Shown one piece after another: positions 27,052 through 36,199 of a stretch of 64,000 nt of DNA (positions are counted from its first letter, which is position 1; every line of letters begins with the position of its first letter). A program made the position numbers and the translations under genes. The stretch spans positions 24,907 to 88,906 of the forward strand of contig CAZMEZ010000004.1 in the NCBI GenBank assembly GCA_964565425.1, read 5' to 3'. The notes beneath the pieces were generated by a model. That model did no database searches and was not told where the DNA came from. It was given only the letters and a program-made list of their open reading frames with translations. This DNA is from an uncultured Planctomycetia bacterium. GTDB lineage: Bacteria > Omnitrophota > Gorgyraeia > Tantalellales > Tantalellaceae.

Positions 27052-28077
27052 ATGGCGAAGAAGAAAAGATCCAACAGGTGTTTGATGGTAGCGGAGGTGT
27101 CAGCCAACCACGGCCGGAACTTAAGGCAGGCTGTGGCCATGATAAGGAAGGCGAAGGAATGCGGCGCCGACGCGGTAAAGTTCCAGACGTACACTCCGGA
27201 TACGCTTACGATCGATTCGGACAGGAGTTTCTTCAGGGTCAAACACCCCAAATGGAAGGGGCAGACGCTTTACCAGCTTTACGGGAAGGCATATACGCCC
27301 TGGGAATGGTTCGCGAAACTCAAAAAAACGGCGGATTCCGAAGGTATCATGTTCTTCTCGACCGCTTTTGACAGGACGTCGGTCGATCTTCTCGAGAAGC
27401 TCAATGTGCCCGTTCATAAAATAGCTTCGTTCGAGCTTGTCGACCTGCCGCTCATCGAGTACGCGGCAAAGACCGGTAAACCCCTGATCATGTCCACGGG
27501 CATGGCGACGAAGGCGGAGATAAAAGAAGCCGTGGATGTCGCGAGAAAGGCCGGGGCTAAGGATATAACGCTTTTAAAATGCGTGTCGAGTTATCCGGCG
27601 GAACCGCGCGAAATGAATCTCCTGACCCTGCGGGATATGAAGGAGAGTTTCGGCTGCCCGGTCGGCCTTTCGGACCACAGCATGGGGATAGGCGCATCGA
27701 TAGCCGCGGTTGCCCTGGGGGCGACCGTGATAGAGAAGCATTTTACCTTATCAAGGAAGATAAGGACGCCGGACAGCTTCTTCTCGATCGAGCCGGATGA
27801 GCTGGAAAGGCTCATCGTGAACGCGAGAATAGCGGAGAAGGCCGTGGGGAAGGTCCGTTACGGCCTTACCGGGGACGAAAAGAAGAGCAAGGCGTTCAGG
27901 CGGTCGCTTTTCGCGGTCAAGGATATAAAGAAAGGAGAAGTTCTCAACGCCGAGAACGTGAGGTCCGTGAGGCCCGCGAACGGCCTGAGCCCCAAATACG
28001 CGGACGCGGTTTACGGCAAAAAGGCGAAAAAAGGCATCAAAAAAGGCACCCCGCTGGGGTGGGAGCATATATCGTGA
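27052..28077 (+). CDS. pseI: pseudaminic acid synthase (NeuB family)
   Basis: MVAEVSANHGRNLRQAVAMIRKAKECGADAVKFQTY, GLSDHS, and a C-terminal SAF domain. Confidence 0.85.
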   Translation: MAKKKRSNRCLMVAEVSANHGRNLRQAVAMIRKAKECGADAVKFQTYTPDTLTIDSDRSFFRVKHPKWKGQTLYQLYGKAYTPWEWFAKLKKTADSEGIMFFSTAFDRTSVDLLEKLNVPVHKIASFELVDLPLIEYAAKTGKPLIMSTGMATKAEIKEAVDVARKAGAKDITLLKCVSSYPAEPREMNLLTLRDMKESFGCPVGLSDHSMGIGASIAAVALGATVIEKHFTLSRKIRTPDSFFSIEPDELERLIVNARIAEKAVGKVRYGLTGDEKKSKAFRRSLFAVKDIKKGEVLNAENVRSVRPANGLSPKYADAVYGKKAKKGIKKGTPLGWEHIS

Positions 28078-28817
28078 AGGAACTCATCAGAAATTGCCAG
28101 CATTACGGGTCCCATCATACCTTTCTTTTGAGGGGGCGGGACGGTAACGTGGTCGGGGTCGAGAAAAAGACCTTCAGCGAGACCGGGATCCGGGACCTGG
28201 ACCGTGAGGCGGAAGGACTGGAATGGTACTGCCGCCTGATCGGCAGGGACGCGTCCGAGATGATCGGTTCTTTCGAAAAGGCCGCCGGGTACGGACGGCT
28301 GGAAATAAAATACCACGACGGCGCGGTTATAACGACGCCCGCCAGTCCCGATCTTGTCAAAGGAAAGCTGAGGGCGGCGGTCGAGCATTATCTCGAGGTA
28401 TTCGGCAGGGACTCTTTCAGGTTCTCGCACGGTGATTATTTTCTCGGGAACATAGTCTACACGGGCGACAGGGTCGCCTGGGTGATAGATTGGGAACACT
28501 TCAACGACAAGCTTCCCGCGGGATATGACGCGCTGAATTGCGTAACCCAGGTATTTCTTTCCGCGCACGGGAAGAAAAGGCGGTATTCGAGGGAAAGCGT
28601 TGAATCGGCCCGCGCTCTTATCGCGAAAATATCCGAAAGAGCGGCTTTGCCGGAAGAGGCGATCTCCTCCCCGGCGCTCTGGTGCAGGAACACGGCTGCC
28701 GAACGCAGTGATGTCTGGGGAGGCCAGCACGGCAAACTTCCTCATCTTGATTATCCGCGCGAGACCTGCGCGGAGGTGGACAGGATAATAGGGGTCATGA
28801 ACGGAGGCGGGATATGA
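28074..28817 (+). CDS. APH/choline-kinase-fold phosphotransferase
   Basis: Brenner-type motif FSHGDYFLGNIVY followed by VIDWEHF. The GTGA overlaps the pseI stop. The track ORF starts at 28059. Confidence 0.5.
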   Translation: MKELIRNCQHYGSHHTFLLRGRDGNVVGVEKKTFSETGIRDLDREAEGLEWYCRLIGRDASEMIGSFEKAAGYGRLEIKYHDGAVITTPASPDLVKGKLRAAVEHYLEVFGRDSFRFSHGDYFLGNIVYTGDRVAWVIDWEHFNDKLPAGYDALNCVTQVFLSAHGKKRRYSRESVESARALIAKISERAALPEEAISSPALWCRNTAAERSDVWGGQHGKLPHLDYPRETCAEVDRIIGVMNGGGI

Positions 28818-29500
28818 AAAAAGAGATAGTAGCGCTCATACCGGTCAAGGGTTCGTCGGAACGGGTGAAAGCCAAGAACACGAGACCCTTCCACGACACC
28901 AGCCTGTATGAACTGAAGCTCAGGCATATGAAGGAAGTCGGGGGATTCGCGAACGTCATAGTGTCTTCCGAGAGCAAGGATATACTCAGGGCGGCGAAAA
29001 AGACGGGATTTGACACCCACCTCCGTGATCCTAAATATTCCACGAGCACGGTCCCCATGAGCGACGTCTATTCATATATCGCCTCCGAGATAAAGGGGGA
29101 GCATATCGCGTGGGTCAACGTTACTAACCCGCTGGCGGGGCCGGAAGTATATGAAAAAGCCATAGAAAAATATAATTCCATGGGCCCCGGGCATGACTGT
29201 CTTTTGAGCGTTTCGGAGATGAAAGAATACCTTTTCCATGACGGCAGGCCTGTCAATTTCCGTCCCAACCCGTGGCCGAGATCCCAGGACCTCCAGGACG
29301 TGTATGCCATGTCCTTCATAATAAACATCCTCAGGAGAGAGGACATGGTCAGGTGGGGTTCGTGCGTCGGCGAGAAGCCGTATTTCTTCTGCCTGGACAG
29401 GGTTACCTCGAAGGACGTGGATTTTCAGGAGGATTTCGATTTTTGCGAGACGATCTATAAGAAGCGCTGTGAAGCCGTGAAACAGGAGAGTTGCAGGTGA
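28814..29500 (+). CDS. pseF: acylneuraminate/pseudaminate cytidylyltransferase
   Basis: IVALIPVKGSSERVKAKNTRPF N-terminal CMP-NeuAc-synthetase motif. The ATGA overlaps the upstream gene. Confidence 0.75.
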   Translation: MKKEIVALIPVKGSSERVKAKNTRPFHDTSLYELKLRHMKEVGGFANVIVSSESKDILRAAKKTGFDTHLRDPKYSTSTVPMSDVYSYIASEIKGEHIAWVNVTNPLAGPEVYEKAIEKYNSMGPGHDCLLSVSEMKEYLFHDGRPVNFRPNPWPRSQDLQDVYAMSFIINILRREDMVRWGSCVGEKPYFFCLDRVTSKDVDFQEDFDFCETIYKKRCEAVKQESCR

Positions 29501-30996
29501 CGGAAATTTTGAATTTCTCACATGACCGTAACGCGCCCTTCGAGCGGTCCGCTGCCGAGCTGAGGGACACTATAGACGCCTTCGCCGTCCGTCCGGAGTT
29601 GAACGGGTTGTATGACCATTTCGAACGTGATTATTCGTTGCCGCGCGACGTGGTGAGGCAGCAGATAAGGAAATATCTTGAAAAGGCGTATGATTATAAG
29701 ACATGCCGGTTTTCGGAGGATCTCTCCACGCGAAAGATCGCCTATATGGCGCTTAGACACATAGCATATCTACTGTACGTGGTTTTCACGTCGAGAAAAT
29801 ATGGAAAGCCCCCCAAGCGGTACGAACTGATATGCGAATGGGTCCTCGAGGGCGAAGAGATCGACCGGCTTTCCAGGCTCATCGGCCTTTTCGGGCGGGA
29901 GAATGTTTTGATCACTACCCCGTGCCCGGTGAATAAGCCGGGCTATAATATCGAATATCGTCCCTCCCCCTCCGCGACCCAAACCCAAAAGCAAAGTTTT
30001 TATGTCCCCAGGCTTTATGACCGGGAAGAGACGCTCAGGGCCTTTTCCCGGGAGATGCGCGAACTTAAGGTTTACGCGGACCTCTCGCGCAGGACAGGAG
30101 TGAACCTTCTGCCGGTCGCGGGCCATATAGTTAACCAGTACCTGTATTATACCTCTATATTCAAGCATAACCGGGCTAAATACTGTATACAGGAACGCCA
30201 TTACCAGACAAGCGCCATAAAGAACTTCCTGTTCCGTAAATACGGGGGCAAGTGTTCCGCGGCCACGCAGAAGAATATCCACCAGATCTCCAACTGCGGG
30301 TTTTATTATGACGCCGATGCTTTTTTCTCCCTGGGCAACAGGACCGCGGAAAGGGCTCTTGATTACGGCGCCAGGATCGGGCAGGTCGTGCCCGTAGGTT
30401 CGCTCTTCATGGAGCACGCCTGGTTCAATGGCGCGAAAGACAAGGGCCGTCCGGATAAGAGATACGATATCGTCTACCTGGGGATAAATTTCGCGAGGGC
30501 CAAAGACAACCTGGACAGCTATGCCTCTTTCGTCGACGACTATTACGAGACCTTCAGGTGGCTGGCCAGACTTTCCAGGGAAAACCCGGCCCTCAAGATA
30601 GGTATCAAGCATCACGGGAGCAACCATATCGACGAAAAAGAGACGGATATCATAAAGGGCAGCAATATCGAAACAATAGACCAGAAATTGAATTCTTACG
30701 ATATTGGTTTCAGCTCAAGATGCGCCGTGACCTATTGTTCGACGATGGGATATGAGCTTATTGCCCACGGTCTGCCGGTCCTTTTCCTGGACCCGGACAG
30801 GAGGAACGTCACGTGGTTCTCCGAGAAAAGCCTGGTGGACAATTGCCGTGTCACCACTTATAGCCAGTTTGACAGGGCGATAAAGGACCTGCTCGGGGGC
30901 AAGAACGCGCGCATGGAGACCGATGATATCTGCCTTAACAGCGCGGACGTTTCGGGAAGGATATACGAATATTTCAGGAAAGAGGTGAAGATATAA
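29491..30996 (+). CDS. hypothetical protein; C-terminal half resembles GT-B CMP/CDP-dependent transferases
   Basis: No family recognised. IKHHGSNH ... VTYCSTMGYELIAHGLPVLFLD resembles the HP / S-T motifs of TagF, KpsS and sialyltransferase-like enzymes. The start could be GTG 29497. Confidence 0.3.
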   Translation: MQVTEILNFSHDRNAPFERSAAELRDTIDAFAVRPELNGLYDHFERDYSLPRDVVRQQIRKYLEKAYDYKTCRFSEDLSTRKIAYMALRHIAYLLYVVFTSRKYGKPPKRYELICEWVLEGEEIDRLSRLIGLFGRENVLITTPCPVNKPGYNIEYRPSPSATQTQKQSFYVPRLYDREETLRAFSREMRELKVYADLSRRTGVNLLPVAGHIVNQYLYYTSIFKHNRAKYCIQERHYQTSAIKNFLFRKYGGKCSAATQKNIHQISNCGFYYDADAFFSLGNRTAERALDYGARIGQVVPVGSLFMEHAWFNGAKDKGRPDKRYDIVYLGINFARAKDNLDSYASFVDDYYETFRWLARLSRENPALKIGIKHHGSNHIDEKETDIIKGSNIETIDQKLNSYDIGFSSRCAVTYCSTMGYELIAHGLPVLFLDPDRRNVTWFSEKSLVDNCRVTTYSQFDRAIKDLLGGKNARMETDDICLNSADVSGRIYEYFRKEVKI

Positions 30997-31943
30997 TGGC
31001 GATCGAAAAGATAACAAGCGGCAATATCTCCGAACTGAACGAACGCTTCGAGCGCTCGCTGGACTGTTATTTCGCGAACGGCGAATTGAAGCCCGAATTC
31101 ATAGAGCATGTCAAATGCCCGAACTGCGGTAAGGGGGAAGGGAGATCCTTCAGGCAGAAAAGGTTCAATTATGTCCGGTGCGATAGCTGCGGAATGGTCT
31201 ATGCCTCTCCGAGGTTCACGGAAAAGATAAACGAGGAGATCCATTCTCAGGACAAGTACGTCGAACACTTCAAGTGCAAGGTCATACCGTCCATCGATTA
31301 CAGGAGAAACGTTCTCGCCGGGAACAAATACCGGCAGCTCGCGGAGTTCTTTGACGGCCCCGGCAAGGTCCTGGATATAGGGTGCGGCCTGGGCGACGTG
31401 CTGAGCGTTTTCAAGGAACACGGGTGGGATTGCACGGGCATAGATTTCAACGATTTTGCCGTAAAATACGCCGACGAGCATTTCGGGGTAAAGATAATCA
31501 AGGAGAATATCTTCAATATCAGCACGGAAGAGCGGTATGACCTCATCATGCTGTGGGGCGTGCTCGAGCACGTCTACGCGCCGCATGAACTTTTGAAGAA
31601 GGCCAATTCGTTGCTGAAAAAAGGGGGGCTTCTTCTGGTCGAGGTCCCGTCGGCGGATTCCCTGCTGGTCAGGTACTGTGAGCAAACGGGAGCGGAGGCC
31701 CACAGGACGTTCGAGTCGGCGAGGCATATAATGCTTTTTTCGCGTAAGGCGCTCCTGGACATGTGCGGAAAAAACGGGTTTACATGCGAGAAATTGGTAA
31801 GTAACGGCCTGGATATAGCGACGCTCTCCAGGATGGACGGCCTTGGGATCCCCGAGGAGGAGACGGGGAAATTGCAGAAACTGCTCGACGACTCGCTGCA
31901 GGGTGATCTGCTCCGGGGGTTTTTCAGGAAAAAGCGCAAATAA
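30996..31943 (+). CDS. class I SAM-dependent methyltransferase with N-terminal Zn ribbon
   Basis: CPNCG...CDSCG followed by VLDIGCGLGDVL (motif I). Confidence 0.75.
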   Translation: MAIEKITSGNISELNERFERSLDCYFANGELKPEFIEHVKCPNCGKGEGRSFRQKRFNYVRCDSCGMVYASPRFTEKINEEIHSQDKYVEHFKCKVIPSIDYRRNVLAGNKYRQLAEFFDGPGKVLDIGCGLGDVLSVFKEHGWDCTGIDFNDFAVKYADEHFGVKIIKENIFNISTEERYDLIMLWGVLEHVYAPHELLKKANSLLKKGGLLLVEVPSADSLLVRYCEQTGAEAHRTFESARHIMLFSRKALLDMCGKNGFTCEKLVSNGLDIATLSRMDGLGIPEEETGKLQKLLDDSLQGDLLRGFFRKKRK

Positions 31944-31960
31944 AGGGGTATATCCGGGAC

Positions 31961-33394
31961 ATGGCGAAAATATTGCTTATACATCCGCCTTTCGGCACCG
32001 GGGACGATAAACGTCCGCCGGACATCTTTGATCCGCATTTCCCCTGGGGCCTTGGCTATATAAGCGGGACGCTTAAGAAAGAAGGATACGATATCAAGGT
32101 CTTTGACATATACGTCCACCAGTGGGACAAGGCCGAGACCCTCGAAAAACTGAAGCTCGAGGAATACGACCTCGCGCTGATAACGGCCATGGCGACGCAA
32201 TATTTATACGTGAAATGGCTGGCCGGGGAGCTCAAAAAGAACCAAAAAGTGTGTAAGGTGATCCTCGGCGGCCAGCTTGCCACGTTCAGCCATGAAGTCG
32301 TCCTCAGGAATACGGCGGTCGATATCTGCGTCATAGGGGAAGGCGACGTAACGATAGTGGATCTTGTAAAGAACATCGATACTCCTCGCAGTGTTAAAGG
32401 GATAGCGCTCGGGGATGGAGATAAAGTGCTTAAGACCGGCCCCAGGGAGCTCATCAAGGACATCGACAGCATCCCGAACCCCGCGTACGAGCTTTTCAGG
32501 ATGGATATTTACAGGACGAACAAGCTTTATATACACCATAAATCGGCGGTCCTGTACAGCGAGCGGAAAAGGCCGCACGTGATGGCGATGATCACCGGGA
32601 GGGGGTGTCCCTTCGGTTGTAATTTTTGCAGCAGGACCTTCAGGAATATAAGGATAAGGTCCGTCGAATCGATCGTGAGGGAGATAGATTTTTTCATCAA
32701 GGAATACGGCGTAGGCGGCATAAACTTCGTGGACGAACTGCTGTTCCTAAAACAGGACACGATAGACCGCCTGGCGGAAGAACTCGGGAAGAGGGGGATC
32801 CTGTGGAACGGGCAGGCGAGGGTGGATACCATAAATCTTGAACGCCTGGAATTTTACAAGAAGAACGGCCTGGTCTCCATAGGGTTCGGAGTGGAATCGG
32901 GAAGCGACCTCATGCTCGAGAAGATGAATAAGGGCATCACCAGAGAGAAGATAGAAAGGGCGATACGGAAGACGCTGGAAGCGGGCCTGCATCTCAAGAT
33001 GACGCTGATCTTCGGGTATCCGGGAGAAACCCGCGAGACCCTGGAAGAGACGGTCGACATGTTCAGGCGCCTCAGGCATCCCGGCAGGAGGTTCTGTATT
33101 TTAACTCCTTTGCCCGGGTCGAAAGTCTATGAGTCGGCGAAGGAAGAGGGATTGATCTCCGATGAGGACGAATACCTTTCCAGCATATGCGAAGGGTATT
33201 GGAGAAGGGCCGTGAACATGACGGGGTTCGGGGATGACGAATTCGAGAAGGTCCGCTCGGAGACCGAAAGGAAGATGAGGGAGAATTATAAAGAATATCT
33301 TTCATCGCTGCCTCAGGACGAGGCGCGAGAACAATATTTACTGTGTGAAGAGGATTTCGAAAAGGATTTTATCAACAGACCGAAAGTGCAGTAG
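31961..33394 (+). CDS. B12-binding-domain radical SAM protein (paralogue 1)
   Basis: N-terminal Rossmann-like B12 domain (MAKILLIHPPF...) and the CxxxCxxC motif GRGCPFGCNFCS. Confidence 0.85.
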   Translation: MAKILLIHPPFGTGDDKRPPDIFDPHFPWGLGYISGTLKKEGYDIKVFDIYVHQWDKAETLEKLKLEEYDLALITAMATQYLYVKWLAGELKKNQKVCKVILGGQLATFSHEVVLRNTAVDICVIGEGDVTIVDLVKNIDTPRSVKGIALGDGDKVLKTGPRELIKDIDSIPNPAYELFRMDIYRTNKLYIHHKSAVLYSERKRPHVMAMITGRGCPFGCNFCSRTFRNIRIRSVESIVREIDFFIKEYGVGGINFVDELLFLKQDTIDRLAEELGKRGILWNGQARVDTINLERLEFYKKNGLVSIGFGVESGSDLMLEKMNKGITREKIERAIRKTLEAGLHLKMTLIFGYPGETRETLEETVDMFRRLRHPGRRFCILTPLPGSKVYESAKEEGLISDEDEYLSSICEGYWRRAVNMTGFGDDEFEKVRSETERKMRENYKEYLSSLPQDEAREQYLLCEEDFEKDFINRPKVQ

Positions 33395-33412
33395 GGCCGG
33401 ATATCAAGGAGG

Positions 33413-34351
33413 ATGGATATGAATAACGGGAAAAACGCAAAAAAGGGCCTGAATATAATGGTGACGGGCGGGTCGGGCTTCCTCGGAAGCCATATAGCGG
33501 ACGCCTTGACGGGCGCCGGGCACAAGGTGACCATATTCGACATCAAGGAGTCGCCGCATCTCAGGGCCGGGCAGCAAATGGCCCGGGGGGATATTCTTGA
33601 CGCGGAAGAACTTGTCCGCCGGATGAAGGGCATGGACGTCGTGTTCCACCTCGCGGCGCTGGCCGACCTCGACGCGGCCTACGACAAACCCCACGAGACG
33701 ATGAAGATCAACGTCCTGGGGACGGCCAACGTGCTGGAGGCCGCCCGTATCAACAACGTGGGCCGGGTGGTGTTCGCCAGCACCATATACGTGAACAGCC
33801 GCACGGGATCGTTCTACCGGGTGAGCAAGCATTCCTGCGAGCTGCTGTTCGAGGGGTACCACGAGAGGTACGGCCTGGATTACACGATCCTCCGGTTCGG
33901 AACGCTCTACGGCCCTCGCGCCAGCGACAATAACAGCGTTTTCAGGTACCTGAAAGAGGCGCTGGATACCGGGAAAATAAAGTACAAGGGGACGGGCGAA
34001 GAGGTAAGGGAATATATTCACGTCCGCGACGCGGCCAGGATATGCGCGAAGATCCTGGACGGCGATTTCAGGGGCAAGACGCTGATCCTGACCGGCCACC
34101 ACCGCATGAGGTTGGAAGAACTCCTGAACATGGTGAAGGAAATACTCGACAGCAGGGACAGGAAGATAGAGATAACCTGCAACCCGAAGGAATCGGAATC
34201 GCATTACGTCCAGACCCCGTATTCCTACATACCCCGCGTAGGCGAAAAGATAATAACCAATACCTACTGCGATCTCGGGCAGAGCCTTGTCGAGATACTG
34301 GACGAGATCGGGTCGAAAAGGTCCCATAAAGAGATAGAGATAAAGATCTGA
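33413..34351 (+). CDS. NAD-dependent sugar epimerase/dehydratase (SDR)
   Basis: VTGGSGFLGSH and YRVSK. Confidence 0.8.
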   Translation: MDMNNGKNAKKGLNIMVTGGSGFLGSHIADALTGAGHKVTIFDIKESPHLRAGQQMARGDILDAEELVRRMKGMDVVFHLAALADLDAAYDKPHETMKINVLGTANVLEAARINNVGRVVFASTIYVNSRTGSFYRVSKHSCELLFEGYHERYGLDYTILRFGTLYGPRASDNNSVFRYLKEALDTGKIKYKGTGEEVREYIHVRDAARICAKILDGDFRGKTLILTGHHRMRLEELLNMVKEILDSRDRKIEITCNPKESESHYVQTPYSYIPRVGEKIITNTYCDLGQSLVEILDEIGSKRSHKEIEIKI

Positions 34352-34361
34352 AGGCAAAAAG

Positions 34362-36185
34362 ATGAAGAATAATAAGTTCGAGACGATTAAGAACCTGGGA
34401 TATCTGATAAAACGGAGGCCGGGAGCGCTTGCCTGGTTCACCGGTGTAATAACCCTCGCCGGTGTCCTGGAGGCCTTCGGCATAGGTCTGTTGTATCCCA
34501 TCATGAGCGTGCTGGAGGACCACGCGAAAAGAGCGGGATACGTGACGCGGGTCAATGACCTGCTGGGGACCAGCCTGACGGAAAGCGTATTCATAACCGC
34601 GCTTCTCTCGACGGCTCTTTTGCTTTTCATCCTTCGTGGCCTGTCCATAATAGGTTCGTATTACGGGCAATACCGGCTGACCGAGGGGCTGCGAATAGAT
34701 TTCCAGTCGACCATATTCACGAATGATCTGGACCAGGAATACGAATATTTCGTGAAACACAGGACAGGGGACCTGGTGCAGAAACAAATGATACACACCG
34801 AAATGGCCGGGGACGCGGTCCTGTACTCCTGCCAGATAGCCCGCAACCTTTTTACCGCCGCGTGTCTTTACGTGACGCTTTGTATCGTTTCGCTGAAAGG
34901 GGCGCTAATGCTCACGGGGATAATGGCCGTGCTGACAGTGGTAGCGCTTATAGTTTCCAAAGTGAAGATATACGCGGCTTCACAGGAACATGCCGACCTG
35001 CAGAAGAGGGCGTATTCCATCGCGGTCGAGACGATGACGGGCATAAGGCAGGTAAAGGCTTTCCTGGCCGAGCAATTCTTCTCGAAAAAATTCGGAGAAA
35101 CGATTACAAGGAAAGCCGCTATCTACAGGAAGAACGCCACCATAGGCCAGATGCCCACGCCTGTCATGCAGACGAGCGTCCTGGTGGGGGTCGTAGCGGT
35201 GCTTTTTCTCGCGTTCAGGTATAAAGGCAGCGTGAGCGGACTCCTTCCCCTGGTGGTCGTTTTCGGGGGAGGCGCTTACAGGATAATCTCTTCCGTGGCG
35301 GGACTCAACAGCAGCTTCATGCAGATAGCGCACCTCTTGCCTTCGGTGAACATAGTCGCGGACCTCTTGAAGTGGAAGCCCGTTCATGAAAACCTTGCCG
35401 GGGCGGGCCGTTTTGAAAAGGATATAGTCTTCGAGGAAGTGGAATTCTCGTACCCGAGGGAAGGGTTCAAGCTTTCCGGCATCGACCTCGAGTTCGAGAA
35501 AGGGAAATTTTACGGTATCGTGGGGTCTTCCGGCAGCGGGAAATCCACTCTGGTGGACCTTATCATAAAGTTCTATCACCCCGGGAGGGGCAGGATACTG
35601 GTCGACGGGAAGGACCTTAAGGGGATGGACGCGCGCTCCTGGCGCAAGCAGATCGGCCTCATAAGCCAGGAGACGTTCATATTTAACGGGACAATAGAGG
35701 AGAACATATCTTTCGCGGTGGACGAGGCGGAAAAGGATACAGGCAGGATAGAGGCAGCCGCGAGGACCGCCGACCTGCACGACTTTATTAAAAGCCTGCC
35801 GGAAGGTTACGGGACGATTGTGGGAGAAAGAGGCCTCACGCTCTCCGGGGGGCAGAGGCAGCGGCTCGCGATCGCGAGGGCCGTTTACAGGGATCCCGAG
35901 ATATACATATTCGACGAGGCGACGAGTTCCCTGGACACGCATTCGGAGAAAAGGATACAAGGGGCCATAGAAGAACTGAGCCGGTCAAAGACCGTCATAG
36001 CGGTGGCCCACAGGTTGTCCACGGTGGTCCATGCCGACGAGATCATCGCGATGAAGGACGGCAGGATAATGGAAAAAGGCCCTCATTCGGATCTGATGGA
36101 AAGGGAAGGTTTCTACGCCGGGCTATACACGCACCAATACTCCGCGGAACGGAGACAGAAGGAAGGGGACGCGGTAAGCTCTTAA
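34362..36185 (+). CDS. ABC transporter, fused permease/ATPase (MsbA/PglK-like exporter)
   Basis: Six-TM N-terminal half, Walker A GSSGSGKST, signature LSGGQRQR, Walker B IYIFDEATS. Confidence 0.85.
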   Translation: MKNNKFETIKNLGYLIKRRPGALAWFTGVITLAGVLEAFGIGLLYPIMSVLEDHAKRAGYVTRVNDLLGTSLTESVFITALLSTALLLFILRGLSIIGSYYGQYRLTEGLRIDFQSTIFTNDLDQEYEYFVKHRTGDLVQKQMIHTEMAGDAVLYSCQIARNLFTAACLYVTLCIVSLKGALMLTGIMAVLTVVALIVSKVKIYAASQEHADLQKRAYSIAVETMTGIRQVKAFLAEQFFSKKFGETITRKAAIYRKNATIGQMPTPVMQTSVLVGVVAVLFLAFRYKGSVSGLLPLVVVFGGGAYRIISSVAGLNSSFMQIAHLLPSVNIVADLLKWKPVHENLAGAGRFEKDIVFEEVEFSYPREGFKLSGIDLEFEKGKFYGIVGSSGSGKSTLVDLIIKFYHPGRGRILVDGKDLKGMDARSWRKQIGLISQETFIFNGTIEENISFAVDEAEKDTGRIEAAARTADLHDFIKSLPEGYGTIVGERGLTLSGGQRQRLAIARAVYRDPEIYIFDEATSSLDTHSEKRIQGAIEELSRSKTVIAVAHRLSTVVHADEIIAMKDGRIMEKGPHSDLMEREGFYAGLYTHQYSAERRQKEGDAVSS

Positions 36186-36199
36186 GGCGGGTAAAGATC

